Shown here one piece after another: positions 54,417 to 64,000 of a stretch of 64,000 bases of DNA. Under the pieces are notes generated by a model. That model had not been told where the DNA came from. It was given only the letters and a program-made list of their open reading frames with translations, and searched no databases. Both the position numbers and the translations under genes were made by a program. The stretch is taken from the NCBI GenBank assembly GCA_000091205.1, contig AP006499.2, one strand, 5' to 3'. Within the stretch, counting starts at the first letter, position 1. Each line of letters starts with the position of its first letter. The DNA is from Cyanidioschyzon merolae (lineage: Eukaryota).

Positions 54417-54820
54417 CGGCGAGCCGCGTACCCGAACGTGAATGCCGGAGCGCTGCCGCCTACCAGTCCTTGTCGCTAAAGTGTCCGCGCTGGCGACTCA
54501 GGAGTGCCCCGTTTCGTTCACACTTTCCCTGGAAATCCCATACATTCCCCAAGGAGACGCTACGACCTGCATGGGGAAATCTATGCATCAGGCAACCTCA
54601 TGCAACACGATAAGGGAGTCGGGAAAGCGGTTGCCAGCTTTCGGGAAGCGACCTGCTATGCAATATATTGATGTATGCCGGGATTTACGCAGTCCAGCGT
54701 CCATGACCGCATCCATGGAGCTCCGTGCCGCACACGTAGCGTTCACGCTCCTTTGAGTTGGCGGCAATCATGGACTGCTCTGGGCTCGCCACAAGTACTT
54801 TTGTGAGCTCGGGTCGCCTG

Positions 54821-56293
54821 TCAGGTGAAGAGCACCCAAACGCGCAGGCGCCCGTCGTCACCCGTGGAAGCGAGCAGGTAACTGCGCTGCAGCGTTTCCG
54901 TACTCATATCCTGGAAGCGCTTTCCCAGGTGAATGCTCCAGTCGCCGCAAGCATCGCGCCTTTTCTGAAACTGCACGTAATTGACCTCGGCACCGCTGTG
55001 TGCAGCTGGTATATCCAATAGAATGCGGAGCTCTGTCGCCTCGTACACCCGGATGTGCCCGTCAGCACAGGCAGTAGCTAAAAGTCTTCCATCATGGGAC
55101 CAGTCTACGCAGTACACTGATTCATCCTCTTCGTCGGCGAATCCAGCGTCGCCTGCGTTCACGCGGACTTGCTTAATGACCAACCATCGCTGTTTGCCGC
55201 TCATTACGGACGATACCAACGGAGGATCCAGGTTTCTAGGAGTCGAGCTGTCCACCTGCGTAGCTTCCGCGAACCTGGCATGCTCTTCTGGATCTTTCTC
55301 GATCGGTGCTGAGGCTAACGCGTCCCTAGTCGAGCTCAAGTCAAGTGACCAGGACCCTGATTCTCGACGCGCACTGGACGGTGCTTCCGCCATGACGCCT
55401 TCGTCTGTTGGTTGGGGCGTCCCTGCACCGACACCTTTCTCGCTGTGGGGTTGCGTTGGCGTCCGCACGGATACAGTGTCCTCAACAAGCGCATCATGGC
55501 GGATGGTTTCGGGCCTTGTACCGTCCTCGCATCGTTGCCACAGGAGCAGACGACCATCGGCACCAGCGCTCGCCAACAGGTGCTCGTAACCCGCATCGGC
55601 TGTTGGTGCAAATGCCACCGACCAAACCGTTGACTCGTGGCCCGAAAGTACCGCGCAGCAGTACCATTCACCATCGTAGACGTCCTCGCACCACAAACGA
55701 ATCGTGTTGTCATAGCTTGCCGAGGCGATCAGTTCAGTGCGCGGGTGCCAGACGAGGCTCTTCACGTCCTGTGTATGCCCGGCGAGCACCGCCACACACT
55801 CAAAGTCTAGGTCGCTGAAGGCACCAGGGCCGCACTCCCATATCCAAACCGTTTTATCGCGTGCACAAGTCGCTAGCAAAGTTCCAGAAGCGTTGAACAC
55901 CGCCGCCTTGACTTCGGACTCGTGGCCCTCGAGCGTGGCAACCAGTTCCAGCCGCAGGTACGCTGCCAGCACTGCGTTCGCGGGTTCGCGCTCCAAGCTC
56001 AGACCGTTCCCGCCTGACACACCCTCCACTAACCGATAAACTCGAACTTTACTGTCGAAACACGCCAGCGCTAGCTGCAAACCGCAGGGAGACCAGTCTA
56101 TGCGTCGAACCGAGCGGGCAAACGTGTCGCCCCCTAGACCACCCAACAGGAGACCCGTTCGAGCGTCCCAGATCCTCACGGCTTTGTCGGTGCCACATGT
56201 CGCGATGAGTTGGCCATTGGGGCTCCAGGTGGCACACCATAGCGTTTCGTGCTCCCTCTGAACATCAACTCGAAGCCACTCCCGCCACTGCAT
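54821..56293 (-). CDS. CIAO1: CIAO1 (cytosolic Fe-S assembly WD40 protein) with a ~150-aa low-complexity insertion
   Basis: '[65 protein letters not shown]' is nearly colinear with human CIAO1 '[63 protein letters not shown]'. The N-terminus '[21 protein letters not shown]' also matches. Confidence 0.85.
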   Translation of the reverse strand: [490 protein letters not shown]

Positions 56294-57371
56294 GGAAGCG
56301 AAGGCCGGAGTTGCGACTGCGGACGCCGCAATGCCGGCACTGGTGCTGACGCGTTCTACGCATAGCGGTTTCGTGTTACTCTCAAGCTGCGTTGAGAATG
56401 CAAAGAGGTTGTACTTTTGGGGCGTTCTTTGCGGGGATATGGTTGTTTCAGGTCATAATGAGGATGCAAAGCTTATAGACTTTGCAACTGGCGGCGTAGC
56501 AGGCTTTCTGGCGGACCTGGTCACGTACCCTTTTGATCGACTGCGCACCATCTTCATCGTTTCCTCTAGGCATACAAACAATTGGGATACTTTTATTCAA
56601 GCGGGCGGGTTTAGAACCCTCTACCAGGGTTTCTCAACTGTTGCACTGTTCACGCTTCCGGTTCATGGGGTTTACTTCGGGCTATACGAGTGGACGCTGC
56701 GCAGGTTTCGAGGAAGTGAGCAGCGTTCCGGCGCCGCCGACACGCTAGCCGTACCTGTCGCTGGACTCGTCGCCGAACTGGGCACCGCACCTATCTGGAA
56801 CGTGCAAGAGGTCATCAAGCAGCGCATTCAAGCCCAGTCGTTGCAGAGACTTGTGCCAGGAAACGGCACCTTTCAGTCGCCATGGCAGATGTTTCGCCAC
56901 ATTGTGCAGCAGGAAGGCCCGAGGGGTCTCTTTAGGGGCTTTTCCGCCGGCCTGCTTGTCTACGCTCCCTTTGCCTGCGTATATTTTTGGATTTTTGAGC
57001 ACGGACGAGAGCGTGGACGTGCGCCGCTCGTCAACGGAGTGTTATCGGGAACCTGTGCAACAATTGTTACACATCCGCTAGAGGTACTTCGTACGCATAT
57101 GGTTGTGAGCAAGTATCCGCGATCAGCGTGGTCGGTAGCTCTCGACATTCATCGCAGATATGGGATTCGCGGCTTCTTGAAGGGTCTGGGTGCGCGTACG
57201 CTCTGGCTGGCACCCTCGGCAGCGCTTAGCCTCGCATTTTACCAGCACCTGCAAGAAGTTTGGAAGGGTAACCCCCGTCCCATGCTTAGTCGTGCGATTT
57301 CTGAGCCAAAACTGCCCGGCTGTGAAAATGCTAGAATACGCCGGGGGCTCTCGTCGAATCGGAACGGCTGA
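56292..57371 (+). CDS. Mitochondrial carrier family (SLC25) protein
   Basis: There are three carrier repeats with P-x-[DE]-x-x-[KR] signatures: 'PFDRLRT', 'VQEVIKQRIQ' and 'PLEVLRTHM'. The ORF start overlaps the divergent CIAO1 start by 2 nt, so the real start is more likely the Met at about 56439 ('MVVSGHNEDAKLIDF'). Confidence 0.7.
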   Translation: MEAKAGVATADAAMPALVLTRSTHSGFVLLSSCVENAKRLYFWGVLCGDMVVSGHNEDAKLIDFATGGVAGFLADLVTYPFDRLRTIFIVSSRHTNNWDTFIQAGGFRTLYQGFSTVALFTLPVHGVYFGLYEWTLRRFRGSEQRSGAADTLAVPVAGLVAELGTAPIWNVQEVIKQRIQAQSLQRLVPGNGTFQSPWQMFRHIVQQEGPRGLFRGFSAGLLVYAPFACVYFWIFEHGRERGRAPLVNGVLSGTCATIVTHPLEVLRTHMVVSKYPRSAWSVALDIHRRYGIRGFLKGLGARTLWLAPSAALSLAFYQHLQEVWKGNPRPMLSRAISEPKLPGCENARIRRGLSSNRNG

Positions 57372-57699
57372 GGATGCAGAGATGCAGCTGTTGGAAATGG
57401 CGGAGCACGAGAGCGCAACGCACCATCGAGCACATATCGTCGTTTCGGACCATGTGTATCCAGCATGCGATAGCTTCGCATACAATAGGATAGAGAGCCT
57501 TAAAGCTTCGATGATACGCACACCATGTGCGTAGAATCTTGCGACTCAATCACGTTTCATCCCCGGGGCGGTGTTGAGCGAGAGATCGAAATCACGATGC
57601 AATGAGGTGTATTGATCAAGGACGAAGTGCCTGTGGGATATATTTTCTTTACTGAGCAGTGCAAGGAGCAATGCATTCCTCCTTCAGCGCAGCTATAGG

Positions 57700-59050
57700 A
57701 CAGTGTTCAGATAATTAAGGAACAGTGAAAGAAAGAAGCATAGGCGCGGTGTGCCATAAACCGAGATTCTCAGAGCGTTCTTTCGGTCCATCGTAAAAAA
57801 CGACCTGCTGATCATCTTCCGATAAGCAAAAGCGTCGATCGTAGCCACAAAAGGCATCCCTGCTTCTCAAAGATTGTTCATGTGGTCCTGAAAATACTCG
57901 GATACAGTTGCAAAAAAAGTGCGATTTCAATCACGGTAACCGTCTACCGAAATCGCAACGAATGCGTTCCTGGAACGTCATAATCGGTAAGAAGTAAAAG
58001 GACGTTGGTTTGTTTCTTCAGTCGATTCGACTTGCTTCGGACGATATGGTCGGAGCGTATATGGGTGTTCGCGGAGCAGGGAGCCCGGTGTACGTACAAT
58101 CGAACTCGAAAAAGGGACGACATCATCTATGCTAACTGCAGTGGACTCATTTGGCGGTCTCAGTTTCGCTGACAGACAACGCTCATAGAACAGCACCGAC
58201 AGCTTTGTCGAATCACTTAAGACTTTTCTCCTGACGCATGGCGATGTCCTTCAGTTGGACGACGTAGCATTTCACCATTCCCCTTGCGTTCGAGCTTTTG
58301 CCGAATCTATTCGGGTAGAGCTGCTTCTCATACCAGTGTACGCTCCGTGGCTCCAACCGATCGAGGAAGCGCTTTCTTTCCTAAGACGTAATGATCGCTC
58401 CACTTGGGGACTCGCTGAAGCGTTCAGCACACGGTGACACTCTGGGGAAAATGTTATCTTTCTTCCGCAATATCTTCTCCCTCCGAAATGGTCCTCATCT
58501 AAGTGCAAAATCCAATCCGTTCATTTGAAGAAATAAAAAAATCCAAGGGAAAGATATAGACGCGAGAGGCGAGCATCCTGGAGACCCAGTGTCTCCGGAT
58601 GCCCGAACGAAACGGAAAAAGCTCTTACTCTTGCCAATCATCGAGCGAAGAAGAGCAAGTGACGAAGAAGAGGATGGGAAAGAAAATACGTTTGCCCGAC
58701 GGAACGATGACGACACTGTGGTGCCACAGAGGACACGACTTCTAGCAATCCTTGCACTGATGAGTTCCACCAAATGCACTGAACGCATGGAAATCGTGAG
58801 TCGAGTCTTCAACCCCGCCATCAATTTCAGACGATTTGCGGTGCTCAGGACGAGACCCGATGCACTGACGCAGCCTAACTCATGGGCCAGCCTCTCAAGC
58901 TCGAAGCGTGCCTCGATGAACTGACGCCGATAACAAGGGGCCCGTCAACAAAGCCGAGAGGCGTCAGCGCGTCGGCGTATGTATGCATACATTCTGTGGT
59001 CGTAGAACGTTTTCGTTTCATTGCGCGTTCGTCAGCGCCTCCGAGCACAG
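57700..59050 (+). mobile_element. Tc1/mariner-like element copy 3 (decayed) with a TnpB/Fanzor-like relic ORF
   Basis: The plus-strand frames carry 'VVLKILGYSCKK', 'NAFLERHNR*', 'VSSVDSTCF', 'VLQLDDVAFHHSPCVRAFAESIRVELLLIPVYAPWLQPIEEALSFLRRN' and a stop. ORF 58589..58924 then carries 'KRKKLLLLPIIERRRASDEEEDG...LAILALMSSTKCTERMEIVSRVFNPAINFRRFAVLRTRPDAL'. DNA identity to copy 1 is ~75-80% over more than 1 kb. Confidence 0.65.
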
Positions 59051-59061
59051 CACCACTCGTT

Positions 59062-59655
59062 TTATGTTTCTGAATCTTCAGCTTGCTTGGTGGTGCTCCT
59101 TACTGGACTCGGGCTTGAGGTTCTTCCCGGGGCTTTAAGCAGCCTCTCACACGCTTGGTAGACTTCGCTAGGCACTTTGGTTCGTAAAGCGCCACCAAGT
59201 CGCTTTCGGTTGCGTACGTAGCTAAAGCATTCCAGTGAGTCCCGACAAATGTATGCGGATCGACCGTGAACTCGCCGTGAAGCCTCATTCTCTAAAGCTT
59301 CGGCAAAAACCCGGATGCCGGTGCCATCAGCTGCGCGGCAAACTCGGATAAACGCTGGCTTTGGGCGAGACCGGCGACACGCAACGCACACTCGTTGGTG
59401 CGGCTGTTTTCCACGCTTGCTTTCGGTATTGTTGACATCGCCTGGAGTTCCACTTTGTGCAAACACCGTAATAAAGGCTGATTGTGCCAGCATTGCAGCT
59501 ATGACTCTCACGCTCGTGGGCAAAGACAACCCCCGTCCACTGGGTGGTGCTTCTGGCACTGCGGCGAACCGGATGGGCGACGTCGGGCAACGTGTGCTCA
59601 ATTCCCCTGTCGGATTCAAATGGAACCCTGAACTGCGCACTCTGTTCTTTTTCAA
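59062..59655 (-). CDS. ylxR: YlxR/DUF448-like protein (bacterial nusA-infB operon RNA-binding protein family) with an N-terminal extension
   Basis: 'QRVCVACRRSRPKPAFIRVCRAADGTGIRVFAEALENEASRRVHGRSAYICRDSLECFSYVRNRKRLGGALRTKV' matches the DUF448 pattern 'RxCxxCRxxxxKxELIRxV...GRGAYxC...C...A.KxKxLxRAL'. A ~75-aa N-terminal leader precedes it. Confidence 0.65.
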   Translation of the reverse strand: MKKNRVRSSGFHLNPTGELSTRCPTSPIRFAAVPEAPPSGRGLSLPTSVRVIAAMLAQSAFITVFAQSGTPGDVNNTESKRGKQPHQRVCVACRRSRPKPAFIRVCRAADGTGIRVFAEALENEASRRVHGRSAYICRDSLECFSYVRNRKRLGGALRTKVPSEVYQACERLLKAPGRTSSPSPVRSTTKQAEDSET

Positions 59656-61420
59656 TTTTTTCTTCGGGACTCGTTTACTTATGCAGCAGCGACATTCGAA
59701 GTGCGACGAGAAGGGTTTACGGATTCATACCGAGTTTTAGGTTTCTTGATGGTCTATCCGGAACGGGTCTATCGACTGCCTGCCGCTGAATTTCGTCAAG
59801 TCGCCGTAATCAAGATGATTCGCGAAGTTGTAAAACAAGAGCTCGTAAAATAATTTGTATGAATATTCAATAGACATGTACACAACTCCAATCTTCTCAG
59901 TTCCTTATGTGATGCATGCTCAAATCATGCGTGCTTCTAATTTTCGTTGTTTCTGTTCCAAAGCAACTCGTGTGCGAGGCGGTGCGCGCCGCAGGATTTG
60001 CAAGGAAACAAACTCGACTGCGTCCTGTGACAGCTTTGCACAAGCTCTTTCTGATTTTTCATCGAACATCTCAGACCGGTTAGTCGATTCCATTTGAAAG
60101 ACCAATCCTCCTCGCCTGTTGGAAAGCGATGAAACTGGATTCGGCAGCAGCATGATACCGGTCCCGCGGTACGCTCCCGGAGGCTCCCGCCTTCAGTTTC
60201 AATGGAAAGGGGTTAAGTGCTCGGACTTCAAACATCACGTGGATCGCTTTGGATAAAGGCAGCGTCACAGTTTCCCACGAGGGGTGCCTGGAAGGATCCA
60301 AGTCTCTCGACTTGGTCTCCAGCCTAAGTTTTCATTCCCTTACTCGTACAGTCATGGAAAATATCGTCTTCGAAACAACATACGCTATCGAATGAGACAG
60401 CGAGCGCTTAAGCGAGCAGCGGGCATCGTCATCTACGAGTCGCCGCCCAGAAGAATCCTAAAATCGCAGGGTACGGAATCCCGCACGGAAACGGAGGAGG
60501 GCATGGTGCGTAGGCTTCCGCAGCCCCCAGTGGCATGCACCGAGCGAGAATGCTTGCTCACGCTGCCATCAACACCCTTCGATAGCTGACAATAGAGCAG
60601 GAGCGAAAGGAGAGACCCACGAAATTAACGCTGTACATGAGAGGGAGGAATAGGAAGCATTTACAGAAAGCGCTCGCAAAGACTGGCGTTGATGACACTC
60701 GATGGAAACGAAAATATTTGCGTCCACGCCCGTGATTGAGGACCTTTCCATTTCACGCTGATATCGGTGTACCAACACTGCGGCTGGGGGCCGGGTCCGT
60801 ACTCGCAGCTGCACGTCGGCGCCGCATCGAGGCATCCACATAAGAGAATTCCCTTAACGGAAAAAGGGAAATTCACCGCAATGCGCGCGCCTCTGGAGCG
60901 TTTCGTACCAGTGGCTGTTCAAGCTGCTGTTAGTGGTCAGGCCGGTATAGGGGCGTCGCTATGCCTTAAACCGACGTGGAAGCTGCGCGGATGGTCGACC
61001 CTATAAGACGTTGTCATTTGCAGCTCACAGTATCTTTATTTTATGTGACTGCAGGGGCTAGAGTGGGTGTCCTGCGCCAGCTCCGAGGAGCTGCTTGGTC
61101 TTCGTGGCGGCACTCGAGGACACACGGGCGAGCGGAGCAAACAATCCACGCTAAGCGCCCAGCACCGTCTACTCGAGTGTTGCGGGTGCGCCAGAAAGAC
61201 AAACGTTCGGTGTCACGAAGCGCAAGATGGCTCATCGCTAACGCGTCCGCGGAAGCTGGTTTCTGCGCAGCGCTCTGGGTGGCGTACCGTCAACTGCAGC
61301 GCAGCCGCAAACATGCGCAGTTGACGGCGGCCCGATGGCTATGGAAACGTCGCCTACGTCTTGTACCTGCTGCGTTTCCGACGTTGAATAGGCCTGGTCG
61401 TCCGGAAAGCAACCCTACAC

Positions 61421-61440
61421 TAACAGGACATGAAGAAGAA
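61421..61440. repeat. (GAA)6 microsatellite
   Basis: 'gaagaagaagaagaagaag', in the open frame upstream of the ABC1K first Met. Confidence 0.7.
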
Positions 61441-61629
61441 GAAGAAGCTTGCCAGTTGGATTCAGTCCCTGACAACTCACACCGACCGCGTTCCGGTGAT
61501 GCAAGGGTACAGCATGGCTCTCTCTTCCAAACCGCAAAAGAATATGTCACTTTGGCGTTCTTGCTCGCCATTGTCAGCCCCCCTTCTGTAGAGGCAATTG
61601 GGCTTGTGCCAGCCAACGCACCTGATTGC

Positions 61630-64000
61630 ATGCCAATGGTACCAATTGCATTTGCGGAAGGCGGTGAGTTGACCCATCGGTCGATATACCCAGATACAGT
61701 GCTTGAGTTGAATCCACCGTGGCAACAGCAGCGATACAGGCGCTGGTATGAGACCGATAGGGTCTTGCTTGAGGAGGCGCGGCGAATGCATGATCGCGAT
61801 GCAGCTGAAGCGGAGGCCATTCAGGCAATGCTCGAGCATGACGTCTGGATACCGAACGAATCGAACGCATATTCAGAGGATTCCAACACGTATTCAGGCT
61901 CTGGCGGGCAGTCACCTGCCCTAGTTGCTGCGCATATTGCCAAAGATGAAAATTCTGCACAACCCGAAAGCCGCGATGTATTCTATTGGCGTCGTCTGGG
62001 TGTCGGCGCTTTTGTGGGCACTTTTCTATGGTGGAGTCACATTATGAATGTTCGGAACTCGAACCGGGTGCGTTTGCCCAGCACCTACGACCCAGGCGCT
62101 ATCGCACAGTACTTCGCACTGAGACCTGAGCAGGTCGCCCTGCGAACAGTCTCTATTATTTCCGAAGCGATATGGTATATTGCTGGTATTCAAAGAGATC
62201 AGTTGGAGTATCGGATCTTCGGCATGAAGCAACACCCAGGCGGCGAGTCGGGGCAGCGCGCGGCCGGCGCTGACGCCCCAGAGACAATAGCGACACCATC
62301 GCTGGCAAATGCGACGCTTTCTCCTGGTGAGCCTGGTATGGCATCCTGGACGAAGGCGTTTCGTCGGCGGCTTGTGCAGATTCCAGAAACACTCATCTCC
62401 TCGCTGCGAAAGGATGAGACGTTTTGGGTTTGGCGTCGCCAGCGGCGAGCCGTGCTACTGCGGCAAACACTCGAACGTCTAGGTCCGGCGTTTGTGAAGC
62501 TGGGCCAAGCGCTCGCGACTCGCCCGGATATTGTCGGTGAAGCAGCTGCCCGCGAACTGCAGCGCCTACAAGATGATCTACCTCACTTTCCGAACGAGGA
62601 GGCGTTCCGCTTCATCCGGGCTGAATTGGGAGCTCCTCCAAACCGGGTCTTTGACTGGATCAGTGATAGCCCAGTAGCGTCGGCAAGCTTGGGTCAAGTG
62701 TACAAAGCACGACTCGATGGAGTCGAACTTGCCGTGAAAGTACAGCGACCGGGCATCGTAGAACGAATCGCCCTGGATATCCACGTCGTCCGTCTGCTGG
62801 GGCAATTATACATGCGCAGTCCCTGGGCGCCGCGTACGAATCTTGTTGAAGCAATAGATGAGTATGCCAGTAGGCTCTTTGAGGAGCTGGACTACGATCA
62901 CGAAGCGAAGAACATGCATCGCTTCCGTCAACTATATGGCTCTTTGCCCGGTATTTACGTGCCGGAGGTTTATCCAGAGTACTCCTCGGCGCATGTGCTC
63001 ACCATGGAGTGGGTCAATGGTCGACGCCTGATCGACGACACGGCAACGGTGCGTCGAGAGGATATTCCGCTAATCAAGCTAGGCATTCTCTGCTCGTTGA
63101 TGCAGCTGATGGAGGCTGGCTTTCTGCACGCTGACCCACACACAGGGAACTTGCTCGTTACCGAGGATGGAACGCGCTTGGCTTACCTTGACTATGGCCT
63201 CATGAGTGAAGTACCGCAATCGGTGCAGCTCTCGATAATTTGTGCGGTTGTACACCTTATTAATCGCGAGTACGAACAATTAGCAACGGACTTTTTCGGT
63301 CTGACACTCATGCGTCGAGACGATCTAGACACGGTGCTTCCAGAATTTGCAGATGCTCTTCGTGAAACCTTTGAAAGCGAGGCGAACGCGACGAATCCCG
63401 GTGATTTCACGCTGCAAGGCGTTGCCGAAAAGCTTCTGCGAATGACTGTTCGCTTTCCGTTTGTGATGCCACCTTACTTTTTGAATAACTTGCGCGCCTT
63501 GGCCATCCTCGAGGGTTTGGCGCTCAACGCTGACCCCTGCTTCCGCATTATGGACATTATCTATCCGTACGTGGTTCGCCGCCTCCTGACGGACTCGTCA
63601 CCGCAACTGCAGCGAGCACTGCATGAGCTCGTTTTGACGCCCTTTGGCGAGCCTCGCTGGGATCGCGTCGAGAAGCTCCTCGAGGATGCCGCACGAACTG
63701 TGCCAAACATGGGACTTGTGTCACTGGACCCGCGTCCGGTTGCCGTGCTCGAGTTGGCAGCTCGAGAGGCTGCGGAAGCAGCCCGCTCGCGACTGAACGG
63801 TACTGTAGAAGGCCAAATGCGTGCAACCACCAGCGCATACTTTCGACTGTCGTCACCAGAGTTGGTACTCGGAAGCGGCGCGCCTCGCTCGAGTTCTCCG
63901 GGCGAGTGGTCTGACGAACAGCGTACACCCGATGCATCGCTCGAGTGTCCGAATACGGCCGTCGTCCTCGATGATGAACGCCGCATGCAGCTTCTTGTGT
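61630..64000 (+). CDS. ABC1/ADCK (UbiB-family) atypical kinase, 3'-partial (runs off the window)
   Basis: In-frame 'GPAFVKLGQALATRPDIVGEAAARELQRLQDDLPHFP', 'VASASLGQVYKARLDGVELAVKVQRPGI' and 'FLHADPHTGNLLVTEDG' are the ABC1 domain signatures. A predicted TM 'GVGAFVGTFLWWSHI' lies upstream. The first in-frame Met is at 61630, and the frame is open from 60970. Confidence 0.8.
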   Translation, partial: MPMVPIAFAEGGELTHRSIYPDTVLELNPPWQQQRYRRWYETDRVLLEEARRMHDRDAAEAEAIQAMLEHDVWIPNESNAYSEDSNTYSGSGGQSPALVAAHIAKDENSAQPESRDVFYWRRLGVGAFVGTFLWWSHIMNVRNSNRVRLPSTYDPGAIAQYFALRPEQVALRTVSIISEAIWYIAGIQRDQLEYRIFGMKQHPGGESGQRAAGADAPETIATPSLANATLSPGEPGMASWTKAFRRRLVQIPETLISSLRKDETFWVWRRQRRAVLLRQTLERLGPAFVKLGQALATRPDIVGEAAARELQRLQDDLPHFPNEEAFRFIRAELGAPPNRVFDWISDSPVASASLGQVYKARLDGVELAVKVQRPGIVERIALDIHVVRLLGQLYMRSPWAPRTNLVEAIDEYASRLFEELDYDHEAKNMHRFRQLYGSLPGIYVPEVYPEYSSAHVLTMEWVNGRRLIDDTATVRREDIPLIKLGILCSLMQLMEAGFLHADPHTGNLLVTEDGTRLAYLDYGLMSEVPQSVQLSIICAVVHLINREYEQLATDFFGLTLMRRDDLDTVLPEFADALRETFESEANATNPGDFTLQGVAEKLLRMTVRFPFVMPPYFLNNLRALAILEGLALNADPCFRIMDIIYPYVVRRLLTDSSPQLQRALHELVLTPFGEPRWDRVEKLLEDAARTVPNMGLVSLDPRPVAVLELAAREAAEAARSRLNGTVEGQMRATTSAYFRLSSPELVLGSGAPRSSSPGEWSDEQRTPDASLECPNTAVVLDDERRMQLLV

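Overview
This 64-kb window is GC-rich (high-50s % by eye) and gene-dense. I read it as nuclear DNA of a compact, apparently intron-poor eukaryote: about 18 protein genes on both strands are each recoverable as a single uninterrupted ORF, for example a 2336-aa CPSase-ATCase and a 967-aa plant-type H+-ATPase. The recognisable genes are a long ribosome hibernation factor (PSRP1-like), a Cdc20/Cdh1-family APC/C activator, NSF, two tandem GT61/DUF563 glycosyltransferase-like paralogs, a P3A plasma-membrane H+-ATPase, a DUF89 (ARMT1-like) protein, phosphoserine phosphatase, a tetraspanin-like protein, omega-amidase NIT2, an R2R3-MYB, a protein with two C-terminal peptidoglycan-binding-like repeats, a URA2/CAD-like CPSase-ATCase with a degenerate DHOase-like linker, an extended-SDR/epimerase-like protein, CIAO1, a mitochondrial-carrier protein, a YlxR/DUF448-like protein and a 3'-truncated ABC1/ADCK kinase. 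The non-genic structure is the more interesting part. There are three decayed copies of a Tc1/mariner-like DDE-transposase element, each carrying downstream of the transposase a short ORF with a TnpB/Fanzor-type RuvC-III signature ('RDLNAAVNIR', preceded by 'PSS(T)KC'). A second dispersed repeat family has three copies; one abuts a Tc1-like copy and one overlaps the annotated N-terminus of the SerB ORF. A 90-bp x5 tandem array re-duplicates the last 30 codons (IR tail plus stop) of the Cdc20-like gene. A 73-bp x8 minisatellite sits immediately upstream of the CAD-like gene. GCGTGC/CACG-type microsatellites recur in several intergenic regions. The bacterial-type HPF and YlxR genes with N-terminal extensions suggest an organelle-bearing, possibly plastid-bearing, host; that is inference only. 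No rRNA, CRISPR array or convincing tRNA was seen.
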